From an uncultured Planctomycetaceae bacterium (GTDB lineage Bacteria; Planctomycetota; Planctomycetia; Isosphaerales; Isosphaeraceae): 64,000 nt of DNA. Each line of letters begins with the position of its first letter. The first letter of the stretch is position 1. Shown here in pieces: positions 24,151 to 35,000 of this stretch. The DNA lies in the NCBI GenBank assembly GCA_963833985.1, contig CAWIAD010000002.1, positions 1,376,001-1,440,000 of the forward strand. The letters run 5' to 3'. A model generated the notes under the pieces. It was not told the origin of the DNA. It saw only the letters and a list, made by a program, of their open reading frames with translations, and ran no database searches. Made by a program: the position numbers and the translations under genes.

Positions 24151-24410
24151 GTGAACATCAGCTTTGAGATACCCCACGACATCGAAGAGCAGATTCGCGC
24201 CGAGGGGACGGACCTCAACCGAAAGGCGAGGGAAGCCTTCCTGCTCGAACTGTACCGCGAGGAGCGTATCTCCCATGCTCAGCTCCGGTGGCGTTGGGCT
24301 TGAGCTTCCATGCAACGGAGGTGCTCATCAAGCAACGAGGGGTCGGGCAGGACATCGAACTCGATGAGTTCGAGTCAGGGCGCGAGTTTCTGAGGAAGGC
24401 CAGGCCCTGA
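24151..24410 (+). pseudogene. UPF0175 family antitoxin-like gene, frameshifted
   Basis: GTG start after AGGA; NISFEIP..AREAFLLELYREERISHAQL..; TGATG overlap with next gene; TGATAGAAT extended -10 at 24103-24111. Confidence 0.65.
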
Positions 24411-24694
24411 TGACGGTCGTCTGCGACATGGGGCCTCTGCACTACCTGATCCTCATCGAGGCCGAGCACATCCTGTCCCAGCTTTTCGACCGCGTGCATA
24501 TTCCCCAGGCCGTGCATGCCGAACTGAGCCATCCCCATACCCCCGAGCCGGTCCGACGCTGGGCCGTCGCTCTTCCTTCCTGGGTCGAGGTGAAGGAGCC
24601 TACCAAGATCGAGGACATTCCATTGCTCGGCAGAAGGGGCTTGAAAGGAGCAGGCGAGCCTCGCCGAGCGTCGTTCCAGCTCATTCAGGAATGA
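24410..24694 (+). pseudogene. DUF3368 PIN-like toxin, 3'-truncated
   Basis: VVCDMGPLHYLILI..LFDRVHIPQAVHAEL; similarity ends after GAGE, where it meets a convergent gene. Confidence 0.7.
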
Positions 24695-25017
24695 AGCTCG
24701 CCGCTCCAGTAACGGAACTCGATCGTCTCGTCCCCGCGCTGGTACCGTAGCTCAGAGGCCGGAACTTCGGTGACCCACACGTCTTTTGCCACCCCATTGG
24801 TCCGGCTGACCGCGATGATCGCCCGGTCGTTGAGTACGTCGTCGATGAATCGCCGTATCGCTTCCGGCTCGCCCGGGCCTGAAGACGAGGCCAGGATATC
24901 TGCGTGAGTATGCCACGGAAAGCTCGCAAAACCAATGGCCGTATCGCCATCGGCCGCGCGGCAGACGACGAGTTTCAGCAAGCCGTCGTTGCTCGTGTGC
25001 GCCTCGATGATACTCAA
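24685..25017 (-). CDS. hypothetical protein
   Basis: ~110 aa open frame with GGGAG SD; start approximate. Confidence 0.55.
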   Translation of the reverse strand: MSIIEAHTSNDGLLKLVVCRAADGDTAIGFASFPWHTHADILASSSGPGEPEAIRRFIDDVLNDRAIIAVSRTNGVAKDVWVTEVPASELRYQRGDETIEFRYWSGELHS

Positions 25018-25079
25018 CGGCACCGACTCCCGGAGGTCTCCCGAGACCGCCTCGCCTCGCCACGCAGGAAGGAAAGAGG

Positions 25080-25319
25080 TCAAGGGGCTTGCTGCTGGGA
25101 CGGCAGAGCCAGCCATTCGGGCTGCTGGCTCAACCACGCTCGATACGGCTTTCCCCGGATAAATCCGCCCCATGCGAGCCCAGCGAGCAGGATTGCCAGG
25201 ACCACGGCGACAAGCCGAAGCTGCCGGGTTGGGGAGCCTGACCCGGCCAGGGCGACGACGGCAGCTGTGTGTGCCCCACTTGGCGGACGCCGGCGCAACG
25301 AGGGGCCAGGGGGTTGCAT
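25080..25319 (-). CDS. small hypothetical membrane protein
   Basis: one TM segment; downstream of motif at 25355. Confidence 0.35.
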   Translation of the reverse strand: MQPPGPSLRRRPPSGAHTAAVVALAGSGSPTRQLRLVAVVLAILLAGLAWGGFIRGKPYRAWLSQQPEWLALPSQQQAP

Positions 25320-25850
25320 CGGATAAGCGAAGCGTGCCTTGAGTGTAAAGATTCAACTACAGTTCAGACGTTACACATTTCGATCAGTGTTCTGAGGGTC
25401 GCTCAAGGCTAAAACGGTGAGTCGTTTGTCCAGTTCGGCTCTCTGCCTTGCGATGAAGATGCAGCGTGATTGGTGGTGGGCTGGCGTCATCGTGAAACCG
25501 ATGGTCTTCCGTCAATTCCGTCAATGCTATGCGTACTGTCGCATACCCCACTGCCTCGACATCCACCTGCCAGCAGCAATATAAGACACATCGTGACTTT
25601 CTGAAGAGCGTTGAGTTAGAGCAGCAATTGAACCCGAGGCTGATGGTCGTCTGACCATCCAGACCGGTGGTCGGAGCACGGTATTCGGCGCGATTGAATT
25701 CCGTAAACTTCACCTGGGCTGCTGAGATCGGACGCCCGGAGTCCGCATCGAGGACCGTGAACCTGAGCGGTACATCGGCTTGTCTTGCTTCAGCCGGAAA
25801 TGGAGAGGCGTACCACCCGAGTTATACTACAACTCGGCAGGAGTCTCACC

Positions 25851-26159
25851 ATGCGAAAGCCCCGCAAGAACTATACGCCTGTCGAGAAGGTCGCCATCCT
25901 CCGGCGCCACCTCATCGATCGCGTCGCCGTTTCCGATCTCTGCGACGAGCACCAGCTGTCGCCCACGTTGTTCTACCTCTGGCAGAAGCAGTTCTTCGAG
26001 GGGGGCACGGCGGCCTTCCAGCGCAAGAACGGACCCTCTGAGAGCCAGCACCTTCGCACCATCGCAGCCCTCCGCGACAAGCTCCAGCGCAAGAATGAAG
26101 TCGTCGCCGAGCTCATGGAGGAACACATCCAGCTAAAAAAAGAGCTTGGGGAGCTTTGA
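25851..26159 (+). CDS. IS3 OrfA (HTH)
   Basis: RKNYTPVEKVAIL..LFYLWQKQ, coiled-coil C-terminus. Confidence 0.88.
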   Translation: MRKPRKNYTPVEKVAILRRHLIDRVAVSDLCDEHQLSPTLFYLWQKQFFEGGTAAFQRKNGPSESQHLRTIAALRDKLQRKNEVVAELMEEHIQLKKELGEL

Positions 26160-27125
26160 CCAAGGCATGGGTTCCCCACGATACCCGCGACGGCATCGTT
26201 GACTTCGTCAGGCGCTGGTCGCAGCGAACCGAGATCCCCGTCGCCAGGTTCATCACCTGGCTGGGGATCGCAGCCAGCAAGTTCCAGAACTGGAAGACTG
26301 GCTATGGACTGGCCAACGAGCACAATGCCTTGGTTCCACGCGACTGGTGGCTGGAGCCGTGGGAAAAGCGAGCCATCATCGAGTTCCACAAGGACCATCC
26401 CGTCGACGGCTACCGGCGACTGGCGTTCATGATGCTCGACGGCGATGTCGTCGCGGTCAGCCCTTCCAGCGTCTATCGCGTGCTCCGTGATGCGGGGTTG
26501 GTAAAGCATCATAACAGCAAACCTTCACTCAAAGGCAAAGGCTTCCAGCAGCCACTTTTGCCCCACGAGCACTGGCACGTGGACATGTCGCACATCAACG
26601 TCGCCGGCACGTTCTACTCGCTTTGCAGCCTGCTCGACGGCTGCAGCCGGTTCATCGTCCACTGGGAGCTCCGCGCGAGCATGACCGAGGCTGAAGTCGA
26701 GACGATCATCCAGCGCGGCACGCGAGCGATACCCTGACGCCCGCCCGCGGATCATCTCTGACAACGGGCCCCAGTTCATCGCCAGGGATTTCAAGGAGTT
26801 CATTCGGATTTGCGGTATGACACATGTGAGAACATCGCCATATTATCCGCAAAGCAACGGCAAGATCGAGCGCTGGCACCGCTCGCTGAAATCCGAGTGC
26901 ATCCGGCCCGGCGTGCCGCTGTCGCTGGAGGATGCCCGTCGTCTCGTGGAACGTTATGTTAATCACTACAATCAAGTGCGTCTTCATTCTGCGATCGGTT
27001 ACATCGCCCCGGCCGACAAGCTGGCCGGCCGTGGTCCAGCGATCTTCGCCGACCGCGACCGTAAGCTGGAGACTGCCCGTGAAAGGAGGGAACAGGTGCG
27101 TGCGACGACCCGAGCGACGGGTTGA
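26156..27125 (+). CDS. IS3 OrfB DDE transposase (extra indel near 26720)
   Basis: GYRRL, WHVDMSHI, LLDGCSR, ISDNGPQF, PQSNGKIERWHRSLKSE, YNQVRLHSAIGY. Confidence 0.88.
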
Positions 27126-27591
27126 TCACAGGGAGGCGATTGTCTCGTTCAGCTCGGTGCGGCTACGATGAGAGATGGCCTGGGCGGAAGGTAAGGCAAC
27201 GTGGCGACACGACCTGAGCGCCGACCCAGGGACCAAGACCGAAGGGGGCGGCACGATGCCGCCCTGTCTTCTCCTTCGGGATTGGTACGAAAGCGGTAAA
27301 TCGGTCCATCTGTGTGAATGTTCACTCTACCTTATCTTTCGGCCCCGGTTTCTCCATTTCACGCTGAACCATTACAGGCTCTTTCGAACGACTGATTGAT
27401 CGCAGGTGAAGCCAAAAAGACGAGGAGAGCCGTCGCACCACCCATCGCCAACAGCACCGCAGTCCCTTTGAAGATTCGATGCAATGGCATGTTCCACCTG
27501 GCGGTCCAAGGACGCTCACTTAACCCCGATCTGTCAACACCGTTTATAGTTCCGGCGATACACAGTATCTCGGATTCCCAGGTATGCCGAC

Positions 27592-28038
27592 CTAATCTCG
27601 AAGTCCTTCGAGCAAGTCAAATCCTTCAAGCAAGATGTCGATGTCACTGGCCAATACTTGCTCCCAGGCGTAAGAAACTCGATGCACCAATTCCTCCAGC
27701 TGGTCTCGGAACGCTTGGGTGAACGTCGCTCCGCGTGACCAGCGACGATGATATTCCAGGCCTTCATCAATGATACAAGCAACCGGGTAGGCGACTTCCG
27801 CGATAGCCGTCGAGTCTTCCCTCGGGCCTCTCCGCTCCGAGGGCACGGGGCCGTTGAGCCGACCGTTGACGGCCTCCAGGCAATCGAGGATGTCGCCGCA
27901 CAGCGGCTGAACGTCGGGGGCCACCCGGTTTCGTTCCGCGTCCCACAATACCCATCCGAAGCTCTCCGTCTCCGGGAGTTGTCCCCCGGGGAGGTTTGCG
28001 TGGTTACAAAGGCGAGCGATCGCTTCCTCAAAAGTCAT
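27592..28038 (-). CDS. acidic hypothetical protein
   Basis: 148 aa, GGAG SD. Confidence 0.65.
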   Translation of the reverse strand: MTFEEAIARLCNHANLPGGQLPETESFGWVLWDAERNRVAPDVQPLCGDILDCLEAVNGRLNGPVPSERRGPREDSTAIAEVAYPVACIIDEGLEYHRRWSRGATFTQAFRDQLEELVHRVSYAWEQVLASDIDILLEGFDLLEGLRD

Positions 28039-28070
28039 TCACGTGGCTCCCGGCGGTCAGTCATAACCCC

Positions 28071-28379
28071 TTACTCATTGCTTTTATGGAAGAGGCGCAT
28101 AGCCATCCGTATATCGCCCAGAGCATCCTCCGCGTGGGTAAGCTCGTGAAGCGCCTCACCGAACTTCTCCCATCCGCCGAGCCTGAGCAGCTCCTCGCGG
28201 ACGTATGACAACGCCCTCTCGGCGTCGCTGATGCTGCTCTCGGCGTTTACTCGCCACCATGAAGTGAAGTGGTCTGCGATCCAGGCTGCTGGCTCGGTGC
28301 CCTCTGGCAATCGGCCCATGGGCGACAGGGCCTGCTCGATCCAGTTCACCAGGGCTTCCCTCACCTCATCGCTCGCCAT
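28071..28379 (-). CDS. hypothetical protein
   Basis: 102 aa, helical; 32 bp from the next gene. Confidence 0.6.
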   Translation of the reverse strand: MASDEVREALVNWIEQALSPMGRLPEGTEPAAWIADHFTSWWRVNAESSISDAERALSYVREELLRLGGWEKFGEALHELTHAEDALGDIRMAMRLFHKSNE

Positions 28380-28679
28380 TTCGATTCATCCTGGAAGATG
28401 AAGGGTCTCGCTCTACTCGAACCGTACAGATAATGCATGGTTGCGTTTAGTGGAGCTGCTGCGTCGAACTATATACCACCCGATGCGGCAGCAGCCAACG
28501 CGACGCATGCTTCTCCTGGCAGGAATGGCCATGCTGGAACGGTAGGTTTAAGGAAGAGGTAACAGCCTGAAAATGCGTGCCAGCATTCTGACTGATAGCG
28601 GCGGGCGCATCTCCTGGCGGGAGGCCCGGAGTCGATCGTTATAAGCTTGCATGTTCTCCCCTGTCTCGACCCATTCCAG

Positions 28680-30923
28680 CCTACTTTCCGCACATCTCCC
28701 TTTGATTTCCCCGAATTCGACCTGAGGCCATCTTCTCAGACGCGGCCCCAGGGTCGGTAAACATCTACAAGTCGATCGGCACGGGGACCTTGTTCGGTTC
28801 AGATGGTTCGCCAACCGGACCGTTCCTGAACTCGAGCCATTCTTCGCCTTGTCTTATGACTTGGCAATGTCCAGCCGCGCGCCGCGATTCTCGCCGCGAC
28901 GACTTGTGACACGGGCTATGAGCGTAAGTTGAGCGGCTCACAACTTATGTCAAGGCACATTGTCATAAGGGAATCGCAAGATTTTTTGTCCTTGACGTCC
29001 CGATCTCCTCCGCCATCATTGCGGCAAGCCCTGCGGCGGTCGGCCTGCTCCCCTCACGGCCCTGGAAGGCCCGGCGGCGGACACCGGCCAACTCGCTGCA
29101 AACCCTCCGGAGATGATCCGCATGAACGAACCTCAACGACCGCGCCAACCCGGCGAGACGGCACGCTCGAAGGGACGCAAGCGCACGCTCAACACGCGGC
29201 GGATTGCCGCCGTGCCCATCCTGGAACACTTCCTGAGTCGGCTCCGCCTTCGCGAGTTTCTCTGCGACCACCTGCCCCATGAGGACGGCCGCACTCGGGT
29301 CCCCACGGCCACGGCCTTGCTCGTCCTGCTGCGCAACCTGCTGATCTCGCGTGAGCCACTCTATGGTGTCGGTGAGTGGGTGGCCCGCCATGAGCCGAAA
29401 CTGTTCGGGTTGTCCGATGTCCAAGTCGCCGCAATGAACGACGATCGAGTTGGCCGGGCCCTCGACCGTCTCTTCGACGCCAATCTCTCGGGGTTGGCCC
29501 TGAAGGTCGCGGCCCATGCCGTACGCGAATTCGACGTCAGCCTCGACCAGTTACACAACGACTCGACCACCATCACTTTCCACGGTGACTACGAGTCGGC
29601 GGAGGCGGAGCGAACCCTGCGGGGACAATTGCGGTTGGCGGTGACCTGGGGTCATAACAAAGACCACCGCCCCGACCTCAAGCAGCTACTCTACATCCTC
29701 ACCGTGACCGGCGACGGTGCCGTCCCGGTGCACTTTCGCGTCGAGAGCGGCAACGCCACCGACGACCGCTCTCACCAGGAGACCTGGGAGTTGCTCTGTC
29801 AACTGACCGGACGCCGAGACTTTCTCTACATCGCCGACTGCAAGCTGGCCACCACCGAGAACATGGCCTATCTGCATCAGCGCGGCGGTCGGTTCCTCAG
29901 CGTGCTGCCGCGAACTCGCAGTGAGGACGGTGCCTTCCGCGGCGCCGTACTCCGGGGAGAGATCCAGTGGCGATGGACCCACGACAAGTACGACGACAAG
30001 GGACAGTTGACCGACCGCTTCTCGATCTGCAAACCTGCGAGCCAGACCACCGAGGGTTACCGGCTGATCTGGTATCACAGCACACGCAAGGCCGAGTTGG
30101 ATGCGGAGGTACGGCTGACCCGGCTGGAGAAGGCGTTGAAACGACTGGACGAACTGCGTGCCAAGCTCGCCTCGTCCCGAACCCGGTACCGCAGTCGAGC
30201 CAAGGTCGCCGAGGCGGTCGAGGAGCTGCTCCGAGACTGTGAGGTCACCGAGTGGATCTCGGTCGAGATCGAGGAGCAGGTCACCGAAAAGTTCCGCCAG
30301 GAGCGACGCGGCCGGCCTGGACAGGACACGCGGTACGTCCGAGAGGAGAAGCTCCGTTACTCGTTGAAGCATCGGATTGAGTTGGAGCGACTGGATGAGG
30401 AGGCCCGCTGTGATGGCATTTTCCCGCTGGTGAGCAACGAATCGAAGATGACGGAGCAGGATCTGCTCTTGGCCTACAAACAGCAACCGGCCATCGAACG
30501 ACGGTTCGAGCACCTGAAGACTGACTTCGTGGTAGCGCCTATGTACCTGAAGGAGGTAAGTCGGATTCAGGCCTTGCTCTGCGTGTACTTCTTCGTGTTG
30601 CTGGTCGAGGCGCTGTTGGAGCGAGAACTCCGCCGCGCGATGGAACGAGCGGGAATCGAGAGTCTGCCACTGTATTCCGAAGGTCGGGCCTGCCGACGCC
30701 CGACGGCTCGAAAAGTGATCGACCTGTACGAGGACGTTCAAGAGCATTCCCTGAAGGCTGGGAAACGCCCTCTTGAGGTCTTCAGCACAGAGTTAACTCG
30801 GCTCCAGAAGAGGATCCTGCGCCTGCTGGGGATACCCAAAGCCTACGAGATTTGAACCTGACAGGCCGAAAGACGGCACACGGAAATTAGGAGATAGTCA
30901 AGGCGAGATGTGCGGAAAGTAGG
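28680..30923 (+). mobile_element. IS1634 family insertion sequence, copy 1
   Basis: IRs CCTACTTTCCGCACATCTC / GAGATGTGCGGAAAGTAGG; 6 bp TSD TTCCAG (28674-28679, 30924-30929). Confidence 0.93.
29113..30855 (+). CDS. IS1634 family transposase
   Basis: NDDRVGRALDRL, HNDSTT, GHNKDHRPDLKQ, IADCKL, YKQQPAIERRFEHLK. Confidence 0.92.
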   Translation: MIRMNEPQRPRQPGETARSKGRKRTLNTRRIAAVPILEHFLSRLRLREFLCDHLPHEDGRTRVPTATALLVLLRNLLISREPLYGVGEWVARHEPKLFGLSDVQVAAMNDDRVGRALDRLFDANLSGLALKVAAHAVREFDVSLDQLHNDSTTITFHGDYESAEAERTLRGQLRLAVTWGHNKDHRPDLKQLLYILTVTGDGAVPVHFRVESGNATDDRSHQETWELLCQLTGRRDFLYIADCKLATTENMAYLHQRGGRFLSVLPRTRSEDGAFRGAVLRGEIQWRWTHDKYDDKGQLTDRFSICKPASQTTEGYRLIWYHSTRKAELDAEVRLTRLEKALKRLDELRAKLASSRTRYRSRAKVAEAVEELLRDCEVTEWISVEIEEQVTEKFRQERRGRPGQDTRYVREEKLRYSLKHRIELERLDEEARCDGIFPLVSNESKMTEQDLLLAYKQQPAIERRFEHLKTDFVVAPMYLKEVSRIQALLCVYFFVLLVEALLERELRRAMERAGIESLPLYSEGRACRRPTARKVIDLYEDVQEHSLKAGKRPLEVFSTELTRLQKRILRLLGIPKAYEI

Positions 30924-31493
30924 TTCCAGCTCCCGGCACCTTACATGCTTCCGGCAGCCGACGCAGTAGGATCGATCTACCATGTATGTGTGCGGATTCT
31001 TGAGATACGTCCGGATGATCTCCTCCGGCATGACGGTACGTTGGCCGCAACGCCAATGGCGGTAAACGCGCGGCACGCCTTCCAGCGAACCTTGATATCG
31101 GTCGTCGGGAGGCAAAGTGACATACTCGCTGAGCCGGCCGTCGGGGCGAAGCCGGGTGTGCTCAAGCCGATGTGCCTCATCCTGTTCCGGATCGACCCAT
31201 TCATGACAGTAGCGGCAACGTGACCAGGGCCTATCGACCCCGAGGTCACGAATGAGCCATTTCTCCTTGCTGACCACCTCAGCCTCGACGCTCAGGGCGT
31301 CGGACATCGCAGGCTGATACACGGGCCAGAGAGCGTCGGCTGTGCGTGAGCAGGCTAAGCGACGCGAAATCAGCGATTCCTGAGCAACATCGCTGAGGGT
31401 ACCAACAAAATTCCCCTCGAAGAGCCTGGTCACTTGATCAAGCTTCCCGAGGGGTGTACTCCGTGGTTTACCACAACAGCGGAGTACTCGACC

Positions 31494-32078
31494 ATGTATC
31501 ATGATTTACCCCGGACCGCCAGGCTCTGGTCGTTTCTTTGGGCTGTCGACCAGCATCTCGCAGAGGAAACCCGCAAGCAAGCATGTTCATGTGGCGGCCG
31601 CCTGCACGCCGCCAACTATCTCCGCAAGCCACGCGGCACTGCCGTCCAGCTACCCGAGCAAGAATGCCTCAGACTGAGCTTCTGCTGCGATCGCGAGGGC
31701 TGCAGGAAGAGAGTCACACCGCCGTCGGTGCGCTTCCTGGGCCGCAAGGTCTACCTGGGCGCGATCGTGATCCTCATCAGCGCCATGCGGCAGGGACCCT
31801 CGCCACGCCGCGTCCGCGAGCTTTCCACACGCTTCGGCGCCGACCGCCGGACCATCGCCCGCTGGCAGGTCTTCTGGCGCGAACGCTTTCCTCAGACACC
31901 ATTCTGGAAGGTTGCAGGCGCCCGGTTGGTGCCGGTCCTGGAGATCCTCTCCCTTCCCTACTCACTTGTCGACGCCTTCCTCTCCCGCCATCGCATCTGC
32001 AAAGGGTGGACGCTCCTGCTGCGGTTTCTCGCACCGATCACGATCCCCGGCGGCCTGCGAATCGAGGTCTCGCGATGA
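31494..32078 (+). CDS. transposon-associated Cys-rich/HTH hypothetical protein
   Basis: CSCGGRLH, SFCCDREGCRKRVTPPSVRFLGRKVY, RRTIARW. Confidence 0.75.
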   Translation: MYHDLPRTARLWSFLWAVDQHLAEETRKQACSCGGRLHAANYLRKPRGTAVQLPEQECLRLSFCCDREGCRKRVTPPSVRFLGRKVYLGAIVILISAMRQGPSPRRVRELSTRFGADRRTIARWQVFWRERFPQTPFWKVAGARLVPVLEILSLPYSLVDAFLSRHRICKGWTLLLRFLAPITIPGGLRIEVSR

Positions 32079-33374
32079 TCGCTTTCCACCCGCAGAAGAT
32101 GCTCGTCGCCGATTTTGATCCGCCGATTTATAGAGGTTGTCACGGTCCCTTCACCCGACTTGTGAGGAGATGTGATGACTCAAAGACACCCCTGTTCAAC
32201 CGCTGCCTTGTGGGCACGGTTTCGGTTCTCCGTGGTGGGCTCGCTCCTGAGCTCTCCCCCTGCGCGGATCGCTTCAGACAGCGATCTGCTCCCTTGCCGA
32301 AAAGACCTGGTCGCATCCTGTGACGGGGCGCGATGTCCGCGTCGCGGCCGCCACCATCGCGCGCTGGTACTACACGGCGCTCCACCAGCCTGACGACCCG
32401 GTCGCCGCCTTGCGTCGTGCCGTGCGGAAAGACTGCGGAAAGATCTCGCTGGCGGCGACCCTCGCCGAGCGACTCCATCTCCAGTATCGCGATCACACGG
32501 ACTGGAGCTATCAACTGCACTACGACAACCTCGCCGCGCTCTTGAAGGCCGATCCCTCACTGGGGCGGCTCCCCTCCTATTCCACGATCAAGCGTTTCAT
32601 GCAGGCTCACGGCCTGGTGCGCAGACCGAGGCTCCGGCCCGGCGGACGCCCTGGCGAAGTCCGCGCCCAAGAGAGGCGTCAGACACGGGAAATCCGCAGC
32701 TACGAAGCCACCCATGTCGGAGCGCTCTGGCATCTCGATTTCCACCACGGATCGCTCAAGGTGCTCACTCCCGGCGGCCAGTGGCTGCGGCCAATCGCGC
32801 TGGGCATCCTCGATGACCACTCACGACTGTGCTGCCACGTTCAGTGGTATCTCTCGGAGACCGCCGAGGACCTGGTGCACGGACTCTCCCAGGCGATCCA
32901 GAAACGGGGCCTGCCGCGCGCGCTGTTGACCGATAACGGCTCCGCGATGGTGGCCGAGGAAGTCACCGAAGGGCTCTTGCGTCTGGGCATCGTCGCAGAG
33001 CGAACGCTCCCTTATAGCCCGTATCAAAACGGCAAGCAGGAGGCGTTCTGGGGCACGCTCGAGGGGCGGCTCATGAAGATGCTCGATGGTGTCAGGGAAT
33101 TGACCCTGGAATTGCTCAATGAGGCAACCCAGGCCTGGATGGAAATTGAGTACAACCGCGCCGTGCACCGCGAGACCGGCAGCTCGCCGGTCGACCGCTT
33201 CGCCAAGGCCCCCGATGTGCTTCGCTCGAGCCCTTCGAGTGTAGCGCTGCGTGCGGCATTCCGCCTGGAGACCAAGAGGAGCCAGCGTCAAAGCGACGGC
33301 ACCATCTCACTGGAGGGGAGGCGCTTCGAGATTCCGGCAAGGTACCGTCACTTCCGCGCAGTGACCGTCCGTTA

Positions 33375-34727
33375 GGCGACCGGCACGTCGAGATCTACCC
33401 GGAATTGAGCTTCCCCGTTCTGTGAGATGATGCAAGGCTAGAGCCTGGCCTGTTGCCGTCTGTACACCAGGGAGGGGAACCGTCATGGAAGGATCCACTG
33501 AGTGCCTCGACGCCTTGATCTGTTCGGGAGCCAGACGGCTGACCGGATACCAGCGCCGATTGTTCATGGCCGAGGTGGCCACGGAACTCTGTGAAGGCAG
33601 CGCCCGCCAAGCTGAACGACGCTTCGGCTGGGGACGAGAAACGGTCCTGAAAGGACTGCACGAGGCCCGTCAAGGGATACGCTGTCTCGAGAATTTCGTC
33701 GCGAGAGGTCGGCTGCGCAGCGAAGAGAAGGACCCGCAACTGGCTGCGGACATCCGTGCGATCGTCGAGCCCCATACCTACGCCGATCCGGAACTGAAGT
33801 CGTCGCGACGGTACATGAACCTGTCGGCGGCGGAGGTGCGAGGAGCCTTGATTGACAAGGGCTATCCCCGAGACGCGTTGCCCAGCGAGCGCACCATGCG
33901 GGACATCCTCAACCGCATGAACTTCCGCCTCAAGCGGATTCAGAAGGGCAGGCCGCTGAAGAAGACCAAGGAGACCGACGCGATCTTCGCCAACGTGAAG
34001 GAGGTGCAGCAACAGGCTCGGGACGATCCTGAGGCGCTGGAGATCTCCATGGACACCAAGGCGAAGGTGGGATTGGGCGATTACGCTCGTGGGGGGAAAA
34101 ACCAGGACCGCCGCCGACGGTCAAGTGGCCAAGGGATGGGATCACGATCCGCCAGCCAAGGAGAAGCTGGTCCCTTTCGGCATCGTGATGCGGGTGACCG
34201 GGGTATTGATGCTCCTGTTCGGATCGCGCGAGACCAGCGACGCTTGGGCCGATGCGCTCCGCATGTGGTGGCTGCAGGTCCGGTCAGGCTTCGGGCATGT
34301 CAAGCGCCTGGTGATCTATCTGGACAACGGCCCCAAGAACTCCGGTCGGCGGACCCAGTTCCTGAAACGGATGGTCCAGTTTGCCGACTGGTCGGGGTTG
34401 GAGATTCGGTTGGTGTACTATCCCCCCTACCACAGCAAATACAACCCGATTGAACGCTGCTGGTCGGCCCTGGAGAAGAAATGGAACGGCGTGTTACTGA
34501 ACTGCCTGAAGGTGGTCCTGCAATGCGCCCTACGAATGACCTGGAAGCGCCGGCACCCGATCGTGAAACGCCTCCACGGCGAGTATCCCGATGGCGTTCG
34601 AGTCGCCGCCAAGGAGATGAAGCAGTACGAAGCTCGATTGGAAAGATCGGCGACCCTGCCGAAGTATGACATCACTATCAAACCGAGAATCACCGAGCAG
34701 CAGGGAAACTAAGACCTGCCGCTCGCC
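33375..34727 (+). mobile_element. ISAzo13 family insertion sequence
   Basis: IRs GGCGACCGGCACGTC / GACCTGCCGCTCGCC; 3 bp TSD TTA. Confidence 0.9.
33485..34712 (+). CDS. ISAzo13 transposase (two frames joined near G6A5 at 34091)
   Basis: ISMDTKAKV, DNGPKNSGRRTQF, YYPPYHSKYNPIERCW. Confidence 0.88.
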
Positions 34728-35000
34728 TTACGCCCGCTGGGACCTCGGCCGGATCGATCTGGTCGACGAGCAAAGTGGAACCGTCCTGGCTCCCATTTAT
34801 CCCCTCGACAAAGCCGCCAACGCCGACGGCCGCCGGGCCGTGACCGGGTCCGGTGGCACCGAGGTGCCGTCCCCAGAGCAGCGGCGCGACGCCGGCGAAC
34901 TGCCACCCCTCCTGAAAAGGATCCTCCAGGAGTACTCGGCCACGGGCATGCCGCCGGCCTATTTGCCCAGGACATCCCCGAAAGACAACGGAGAACCCTC

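Larger units (their letters stand above)
25786..27371 (+). mobile_element. IS3 family insertion sequence
   Basis: IRs TGCTTCAGCCGGAAATGGAGA / reverse complement TGGTTCAGCGTGAAATGGAGA; orfA/orfB with A7G slippery site at 26135-26142; no clear TSD. Confidence 0.9.
25384..27490 (-). pseudogene. membrane-anchored hypothetical protein interrupted by IS3
   Basis: N-part MPLHRIFKGTAVLLAMGG.. (27490-27372), C-part ..FTVLDADSGRPISAAQVKF.. (25785-25384). Confidence 0.6.
28548..31307 (-). pseudogene. Cys/His-rich hypothetical protein interrupted by IS1634
   Basis: ..CVGCRKHVRCRELE|WVETGENMQAYNDRL.. rejoins in frame after removing IS and one TSD. Confidence 0.75.

Noticed and set aside
27126..27371. 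Passenger gene in the IS3 3' tail
   Set aside because: The 74 aa ORF runs through the inverted repeat and has no recognisable motif.
34089..34102. Novel recoding site
   Set aside because: Split transposase frames at slippery runs are expected in IS elements (here G6A5, and A7G in IS3), and an assembly indel cannot be excluded.
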